Assembly: GCA_004297805.1 (NCBI GenBank)
Contig: SCTJ01000079.1
Location: forward strand, 1 to 43,398
DNA from: Patescibacteria group bacterium
GTDB lineage: Bacteria; Patescibacteriota; Minisyncoccia; Moranbacterales; SCTJ01
Direction: 5' to 3'
Length of the DNA stretch: 43,398 bases
Part shown: positions 37,801 through 43,398 of the stretch, one piece after another
How the letters are laid out: every line of letters starts with the position of its first letter
Position numbering within the stretch: position 1 is the stretch's first letter
The notes under the pieces: generated by a model
Told to the model about the DNA's origin: nothing
Databases searched by the model: none
Seen by the model: only the letters and a program-made list of their open reading frames with translations
Program-made: the position numbers and the translations under genes

Positions 37801-38186
37801 GGAGCCTTTGCTCCGCGAAGATACAACCGGGAGAAGAAATCGTAGTCGGTGTCGCCCTGGTTGCGGACCCAGTCAACCTTGGGAGCCAGTTCTTCCACTG
37901 ACATGCGATCATGCAGCCCGCCATAAAGGTTGTAGTAGGCAGTGCCTGCACCCGCACCGCCGCCGGCGACGTACTCGACATGCACCAGCTGGCGATCAAG
38001 GAGTTTCAGGATTGCCCCCGGCTTGGCATCGGAGAGATCCTTGGTCACCTTCTGGATCTCCTCCGCACTCCGGGCCTTCTTCTCGTCCGCTCCTCCTTCG
38101 TGGATGAATAGCCACCAGGCAGTCACAAGGCCCAGAATCAGGATGACGATGTATCCGCCCAGACTGGTGCGTTTACTACTGCTCAT
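37794..38186 (-). CDS. Membrane-anchored hypothetical protein (GC-rich class)
   Basis: N-terminal TM; G-rich RBS; upstream TTGACA-17-CACAAT (38278-38306). Confidence 0.7.
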   Translation of the reverse strand: MSSSKRTSLGGYIVILILGLVTAWWLFIHEGGADEKKARSAEEIQKVTKDLSDAKPGAILKLLDRQLVHVEYVAGGGAGAGTAYYNLYGGLHDRMSVEELAPKVDWVRNQGDTDYDFFSRLYLRGAKAPE

Positions 38187-38368
38187 CTTCCGCCCCCCCC
38201 TCTTGGTAAAAATATGCTATGCCTTGCAGATCCCATTGCGAGACTCTGCGCCTGTTTTCGTCCCCAGAGAACTCGCCATTGTGTTGCGTTTGAGGTAATT
38301 TGTCAAGTCTGTTTTTTCCATTTGAAAACCGGGAGCAACGTTGCCACTCCCGGTCTTCACAAAGGACG

Positions 38369-38554
38369 CTACACTGAACGCCCTTGCCCTTGATTCATCC
38401 CCGAACCGCCGCAGGTCGGACAGACCTCGACGAACTTTCCGTCCGCATCCCGGACAAACTTCAGCCCAGAACACGTTGGGCAGAAGTTCCTGTTCGCCCA
38501 CTCCTTGATGCGACGTTCGGTTATCCCCTCGTTACCCTGCTTTTTCACCGCCAT
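38369..38554 (-). CDS. Small zinc-ribbon protein (CPTC...CPTCGGSG), 61 aa
   Basis: GAGGAGG RBS before ATG 38554; DnaJ-type CxxCxGxG motif; terminator-like hairpin at ~38328-38356. Confidence 0.7.
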   Translation of the reverse strand: MAVKKQGNEGITERRIKEWANRNFCPTCSGLKFVRDADGKFVEVCPTCGGSGMNQGQGRSV

Positions 38555-38702
38555 GACGATTCTTCTGCTCCTCCTCTTTCCGGACACACCTGGGGCACGG
38601 CACCACTCCACCGGCCAGCATGTGCCTGCTATTGAAGCATAGCGGGCAGACTTCCTTCACCTGCGTCTTATCATCTTCCGAAACCTGCGGGACTGCCCCC
38701 AT
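38532..38702 (-). CDS. Small zinc-ribbon protein (CPLC...CPRC), 56 aa, missed by the ORF track
   Basis: CAGGAGG 8 nt before ATG 38702; MGAVPQVSEDDKTQVKEVCPLCFNSRHMLAGGVVPCPRCVRKEEEQKNRHGGEKAG*; overlaps the start of the next gene. Confidence 0.65.
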   Translation of the reverse strand: MGAVPQVSEDDKTQVKEVCPLCFNSRHMLAGGVVPCPRCVRKEEEQKNRHGGEKAG

Positions 38703-38793
38703 GCGGTACCCCTCCTGGTTAGTGAACCGAAAAATTGTAACCCTAAAAAGCCGACCTGTAAAGGTCGGCCCAATAAGTTGCCGACATTCAAAG

Positions 38794-39201
38794 CTACTCT
38801 AGCCCATGCTCCTTGAAACACGGCACGTATTTTTGATCCATCTCCACTACATGTTTAACCAACCAGTAGTCCAGCAGTTCCACTAGTTCACCCGCCAGGC
38901 GTTCCAAGTCATCCTCGCGGAAAAAATGTTTTTTGAATTCAAAAATTTGAGTCCGAAAATCCATGTGCTGCAACAAATGTTCTTCGGCCCCCTCGTATTT
39001 AAACTCATCGAAGTAATTTTCTTCAACTGCAAAATGATAGTCAGCATAATCTGACAGTTCGTGCAAAACGGTGACCAACTTGTCTTTGGCGTCCCCACGC
39101 AAAAACGCATCATAAAGCTCATTAAAAGTTCCGAAGAACTTCTGATGTTGCGCATCAATTATTTTGACGCCCACCGCATACTGAGGTGTCCATTTAATCA
39201 T
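38794..39201 (-). CDS. Bacteriohemerythrin
   Basis: W.....VG...ID.QH, HFAVEE, H...H, WL..H...MD motifs. Confidence 0.92.
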   Translation of the reverse strand: MIKWTPQYAVGVKIIDAQHQKFFGTFNELYDAFLRGDAKDKLVTVLHELSDYADYHFAVEENYFDEFKYEGAEEHLLQHMDFRTQIFEFKKHFFREDDLERLAGELVELLDYWLVKHVVEMDQKYVPCFKEHGLE

Positions 39202-39222
39202 ACATTTATTTTTAAAAACTAA

Positions 39223-41013
39223 TTAGCTTTTGAGTACCGCCAGGAAGGCATCCGGCGGAATATTCACTTTGCCAATATTTTTCATTTTCTTCTTGCCCTT
39301 CTTCTGTTTATCGAGTAGTTTGTTTTTGCGCGTCACGTCACCACCATAGAGCTTAGCAATCACATCCTTGCGAAAAGCACTGATCGTTTCCCGCGCTACC
39401 ACTTTGCCGCCGATCGTGGCTTGCAAAGCAATCGCAAAATTTTGACGCGGAATGGCCTTCTTGAGTTTTTCCACCGTTGATTTGCCTTCAGCAAAAGCGC
39501 GCTCTTTGGGCACAATGCGAGAAAAGGCTTCCACCTTGTCGCCCGCCACCACAATGTCCAATTTCACCAAGTCATAGGGGCGATAGCCGATGAGCTCATA
39601 GTTCATCGAAGCAAAACCGGACGACACGCTTTTCAAATTGTCATGAAAATTGACAATCACATCCATGAGTGGCGCCTCGAATGACAAGAGCACAGTTTCT
39701 TGATTCAAATATTCGGTGTTGGTATAGGTACTGCGAATTTGGCCGGTCAGGTCCATAACTGATCCCAAATAATTGCCAGGGGTAACAATGTCCAATTTCA
39801 CAAACGGTTCAAAGATTTCTTCAATAATCGATGGGTCAGGCAGTTCGGAGGGTGAATAGACTTTAATAATTTCTGCTTGATTGCTGACTTTCACTTCATA
39901 GACCACACTCGGCGTAGTGATGGTCGGATGCATGTTGAATTCGCGCTCCAAGCGCTCTTGGATAATCTCCAAATGCAAGAGTCCCAAAAAGCCACAGCGG
40001 AAACCGCGTCCCAAGGCCTTGTTGCTTTCCGGTTCGAAAGTGAAAGCCGCGTCATTCAATTTCAGCTTCTCCAGCGAGTCGCGCATGACATTGTAGTCTT
40101 CGCCATCCACCGGATAGAGACTGGCATAAACCATCGGTTTCACTTCCTTGTAACCTGGCAGACGTTCGGTGACTGTTTTTTGATTGGCCGCGGTAATCGT
40201 GTCTCCCACCCGGCAAAACGCCACGTCCTTGAAGCCAGTGGCAATATAACCGATGTCTCCAGCTACAATCATAGAATCAGGCACTAGCTTGGGTTTAAAG
40301 TATCCCACCTCCACTACCGGTGTTTCTTTTTCCGTGGCCAGCATGAAAATTTGATCATCGCGTTTAGCCGTGCCATCCACGATGCGCACATAAGCCACCA
40401 CTCCCTTATAAAGATCGTATTTGGAATCAAAAATGAGCGCCCGCAAAGGTTTGTCCGCGTCCCCCACTGGCGCCGGAATGCGTTCCACCACCGCCGCCAA
40501 AATTTCTTCTACTCCGATGCCGGTCTTGCCTGAGGCCAACAAAATATCTTCCTCCTTGCAACCCAAAATGTGCACGATTTCTTTTTTGGTTTTTTCTATT
40601 TGCGCGTTGGGTAAATCAATTTTGTTGACCACGGGAATGATTTCTAACCCCTGCTCGATGGCCAAATATAAATTGGAAAGGGTTTGGGCTTGCACGCCCT
40701 TGGTTGAGTCCACCAACAAAACAGCGCCTTCCACGGCTGCCAAAGACCGCGACACTTCATAGTTGAAATCCACGTGCCCCGGGGTATCGATCAAATTGAG
40801 TACATATTCTGTCCCTTGGTGCACATGATGCATGCGCACCGGTTGCAATTTGATGGTGATGCCTCGCTCACGTTCCAAATCCATCTGATCCAGGAGCTGA
40901 TCCATCATTTTCCTCTTTTCAACAGTCTTGGTGGATTCCAAAAGACGATCAGCCAAAGTCGACTTGCCGTGATCAATATGCGCGATAATACAAAAGTTTC
41001 TGACATTCTGCAT
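39223..41013 (-). CDS. lepA: Elongation factor 4 (LepA)
   Basis: RNFCIIAHIDHGKSTLADR; DTPGHVDF; C-terminal KLYGGDVTRKNKLL.KQKKGK. Confidence 0.97.
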   Translation of the reverse strand: MQNVRNFCIIAHIDHGKSTLADRLLESTKTVEKRKMMDQLLDQMDLERERGITIKLQPVRMHHVHQGTEYVLNLIDTPGHVDFNYEVSRSLAAVEGAVLLVDSTKGVQAQTLSNLYLAIEQGLEIIPVVNKIDLPNAQIEKTKKEIVHILGCKEEDILLASGKTGIGVEEILAAVVERIPAPVGDADKPLRALIFDSKYDLYKGVVAYVRIVDGTAKRDDQIFMLATEKETPVVEVGYFKPKLVPDSMIVAGDIGYIATGFKDVAFCRVGDTITAANQKTVTERLPGYKEVKPMVYASLYPVDGEDYNVMRDSLEKLKLNDAAFTFEPESNKALGRGFRCGFLGLLHLEIIQERLEREFNMHPTITTPSVVYEVKVSNQAEIIKVYSPSELPDPSIIEEIFEPFVKLDIVTPGNYLGSVMDLTGQIRSTYTNTEYLNQETVLLSFEAPLMDVIVNFHDNLKSVSSGFASMNYELIGYRPYDLVKLDIVVAGDKVEAFSRIVPKERAFAEGKSTVEKLKKAIPRQNFAIALQATIGGKVVARETISAFRKDVIAKLYGGDVTRKNKLLDKQKKGKKKMKNIGKVNIPPDAFLAVLKS

Positions 41014-41072
41014 AGTTACTTCATCATAGCGTTTCTAAGCAATCTGGCAACCTGGCCCAATCTGAGTTTGGA

Positions 41073-41101
41073 TTGACTAGCGTATATTTTGATGCTAGCC
41101 T
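41073..41101 (+). promoter_or_regulatory. Sigma70-type promoter
   Basis: TTGACT-17-TAGCCT with extended TG; an equivalent TTGACT-17-TAACCT at 41776-41804 precedes the paralog. Confidence 0.6.
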
Positions 41102-41178
41102 GGCCTATCGCTGGAACAAGTCTCAGCGACACTCAGTTCATCCAACACGCAACCCATCACCAGGAGGAGGTAGATTCG

Positions 41179-41673
41179 ATGGCAAAGCGAGCAACCAAGG
41201 AGTCGTACCAACGGACGGCCAACCGGGTGCTGAAAGCCCTGCTGGCCATGCCCAACAACGGCCTCACGAAGCGCCACCGCGGCGGCTGGTTCAGCCGCCG
41301 CGATCACCGTGGCACGGTCCGAACCTATTTCATGATCGGACACCCACCGTACCGCGATCGGGACAAGTGCCTGAGACTCTCCCTGTATAATGGCCAGCGT
41401 CTGCACTCCCACCCGGAGCACCTCAGCAGCTGGCAGAGTCGCCGCCCGAAGCTCCGCTGGTACGGAGGCGCCATCCGGATGACGGACGGCGGATCGCTCT
41501 CTTTCTGGGGTCTCCCCGAGAAGGCCAACGAGGCGCTGGTGCTCATGGTCGCCTTGATCCGCGGTCGCATCTCCTTCCACGAAGAAATCGGGTTCATCAC
41601 CACCGAAAGCCAGAACGACCTCTTCTTCAAGTTCGGAGAATACCTCTGCAGCCGCCTCGGCTGGTTCAAGTAG
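41179..41673 (+). CDS. Basic hypothetical protein, tandem paralog A (possible GlcG/HbpS-like fold)
   Basis: AGGAGGAGG RBS before ATG 41179; HPEHLSSWQSR...YGGAIR..DGGSLSFWG. Confidence 0.75.
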   Translation: MAKRATKESYQRTANRVLKALLAMPNNGLTKRHRGGWFSRRDHRGTVRTYFMIGHPPYRDRDKCLRLSLYNGQRLHSHPEHLSSWQSRRPKLRWYGGAIRMTDGGSLSFWGLPEKANEALVLMVALIRGRISFHEEIGFITTESQNDLFFKFGEYLCSRLGWFK

Positions 41674-41691
41674 CCGGACCGAGTCTAACAG

Positions 41692-41730
41692 CCCCCTGGG
41701 TCACAACTGACCAGGGGGTTGATCATATCC
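41692..41730 (+). terminator. Terminator, 39 nt identical to 42381-42419
   Basis: CCCCCTGG..CCAGGGGG hairpin duplicated after both paralogs. Confidence 0.75.
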
Positions 41731-41870
41731 CAATCTTTTTATTAAAGTATCCGTACTTTAACATCTGATCTAAGATTGACTGTCAGACTTACTAATGATA
41801 ACCTGTCTAGCGCTGGAATGGGTAATGGAAAAATCGATTCGGTTCGACGCCACAAAGGGAGGGACGTTCA

Positions 41871-42353
41871 ATGGCGACAAGAGCAACCAGAGAGTCGTAC
41901 GAACGAATGGCCAATCGGTTCCTCAAGGAACTGCTGGCCATGCCCAATAACGGGCTCAAGCCTCATCACCTCGGCGGCTATCTCACCCGACGCGGCCCCG
42001 ACGGCAGGATCCGCTTCACCTACGTGATCGGCAACCCGCCGGTCGAGCGACAGAAGGAGTATGGAGAATACTCGCGAGAGAAGGGCCGGCGCCTGAACGT
42101 TCACCCGCACCATTTCAGCAGCTGGTGGAGTCGCCGCAAGCGCCTCAAGCAGTACGGCGGTGCCATCCGAACAGAAGATGGCGGCTCGCTCTCCTTCTCG
42201 GGCACGAACGAAATGGCCGAGGAGGCGCTGGCGCTGCTCATCGCCGACGCCCGTGGCCACATCACCCACGAGAACATGCTGAGGGTCATCAAGAAGAGCC
42301 GCAACCACCTCTTCATCCGGTTCTGCGCCTACTACCACCTCTGCGGGATCTGA
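41871..42353 (+). CDS. Basic hypothetical protein, tandem paralog B
   Basis: MATRATRESYERMANR vs MAKRATKESYQRTANR; GGGAGG RBS. Confidence 0.75.
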   Translation: MATRATRESYERMANRFLKELLAMPNNGLKPHHLGGYLTRRGPDGRIRFTYVIGNPPVERQKEYGEYSREKGRRLNVHPHHFSSWWSRRKRLKQYGGAIRTEDGGSLSFSGTNEMAEEALALLIADARGHITHENMLRVIKKSRNHLFIRFCAYYHLCGI

Positions 42354-42380
42354 CACAACTCGTCAGCCAGAAGAAAACAA

Positions 42381-42419
42381 CCCCCTGGGTCACAACTGAC
42401 CAGGGGGTTGATCATATCC
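42381..42419 (+). terminator. Terminator, copy 2
   Basis: Identical to 41692-41730. Confidence 0.75.
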
Positions 42420-42604
42420 TAATAAATTTAATAAAAGCTGCCTCACCTTAGATAATAAAACAATATTCCGTCCGTACGACCGAGGCGTTGAAAATTGAGC
42501 GAGCGAACGTAAAATTCATCCGCAGATGCGAAGCGCAGCTGAGAATTTTTAGTGAGCGAGTGATAATTTTCCGCTGAGTGGAGTCAGGATCGGCGCTTTC
42601 TTTC

Positions 42605-42638
42605 TGTCCGCTTTCTTTGGCGCCAAAGAAAGCGGACA
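42605..42638. repeat. Perfect 34-bp palindrome in the intergenic region after murJ
   Basis: TGTCCGCTTTCTTTGGC|GCCAAAGAAAGCGGACA. Confidence 0.8.
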
Positions 42639-42656
42639 ACCAATCAAAGTTGGACC

Positions 42657-43398
42657 CTATAGTCCGCTAACCTCGCTCGCATCTTCCTTGATCTGATCGC
42701 GAGCGCGGAAGATTTTGCGCGTGATCGCATCACGCAATTTGTAAAATTCATCGATGCGCAAAAAGACACAAGCAAAGGAAAAAGTGGCAACCCCCAATAG
42801 GGTAGAAATCACTAGCCACAAAAACACCTCGGGAAAAGTATCGGGACTAAATTGCAAACCAATGGCCGCCTTAGCCAGTTGCGCCGCCGTTCCGGCCAAG
42901 AGTGAAGCAATTAAAATCTTCAATGCAAACTTGATCATCCCACTGTCATCCAGATCGCCCACTCGCCGTCGAAGCGCCAGAAACAGAAAACTCATGTTAA
43001 TGATGCTGGCGACTGAAAAAGCCACTGCCAGACCCATCACCTCATAGCGACCAATCAAAATTAGAACCAGACTGATGTTCACCAGCTCGGCAAAAAAAGC
43101 AATATAAAAAGGGGTGCGAGTATTGTGAAAGGCGTAAAAGGCCCGGGTGAAAATAGGAATGAGGCTCTGCGCAAACAAACTAATCGACAGCATGCCTAGC
43201 ACACTCAGGGTCATCTCGGTGTCCTCCCATCCAAACTCTCCCGCACCCAAAATAACCCGCACGATTTGCGCGCGCAACACCAAAATCAAAGCACTAATCG
43301 GCACCACGAAAAAAAGGATTTGCCGTACGGCTTGCGAAAACAATTTGGAAAAGGCGACCTTATCATCTCGCGCGGCCAAAGCACTCAGTGAAGGAAAA
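42657..43398 (-). CDS. murJ: Lipid II flippase MurJ (MviN), 3' part
   Basis: LRAQIVRVILGAGEF.W..T, RAFYAFHNTRTP and GLAVAFS; begins outside the window. Confidence 0.9.
   Translation of the reverse strand, partial: FPSLSALAARDDKVAFSKLFSQAVRQILFFVVPISALILVLRAQIVRVILGAGEFGWEDTEMTLSVLGMLSISLFAQSLIPIFTRAFYAFHNTRTPFYIAFFAELVNISLVLILIGRYEVMGLAVAFSVASIINMSFLFLALRRRVGDLDDSGMIKFALKILIASLLAGTAAQLAKAAIGLQFSPDTFPEVFLWLVISTLLGVATFSFACVFLRIDEFYKLRDAITRKIFRARDQIKEDASEVSGL

Noticed and set aside
38193-38200. G8 tract in the RBS of the 130-aa gene as an expression switch
   Set aside because: Could simply be a G-rich SD; nothing in the sequence alone supports length variation.

Overview
This 43.4 kb window looks like chromosome from a Patescibacteria/CPR (Parcubacteria-like) bacterium. 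The assignment is inferred from gene content (DUF4012, DUF3160, MEMO1-family protein, CPR-type DGR) and from mostly SD-less, near-leaderless core genes. Almost all genes are on the minus strand. The left part is a surface-polysaccharide cluster: partial rmlC, DUF4012, two Wzz-like proteins, two GT4s, a beta-helix protein, a radical SAM/SPASM enzyme and an O-antigen ligase/polymerase. A complete diversity-generating retroelement (DGR) sits inside this cluster: target gene with VR 8170-8286, TR 7776-7892 (15 mismatches, all at TR adenines), a hairpin, avd on the opposite strand, and RT. The most striking observation is that avd and RT overlap head-to-head across one C10/G10 tract (7394-7403). 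With 10 nt, both upstream ATGs are out of frame; with 11 (or 8) nt, both genes are restored at once. This suggests a single slippage switch for the DGR, though an assembly error is not excluded. Two paralogs of the DGR target lie about 19 kb away, behind a near-identical 57-bp palindromic upstream element. Housekeeping genes (clpB, lepA, murJ, ferredoxin, PrsA-like, FtsB-like) alternate with many separate GC-rich units that carry their own promoter, AGGAGG-type RBS and terminator. These units include guaA flanked by a 77/80-bp direct repeat, a LysM plus beta-barrel-like operon, tiny zinc-ribbon genes and two structured, mostly non-coding transcription units.
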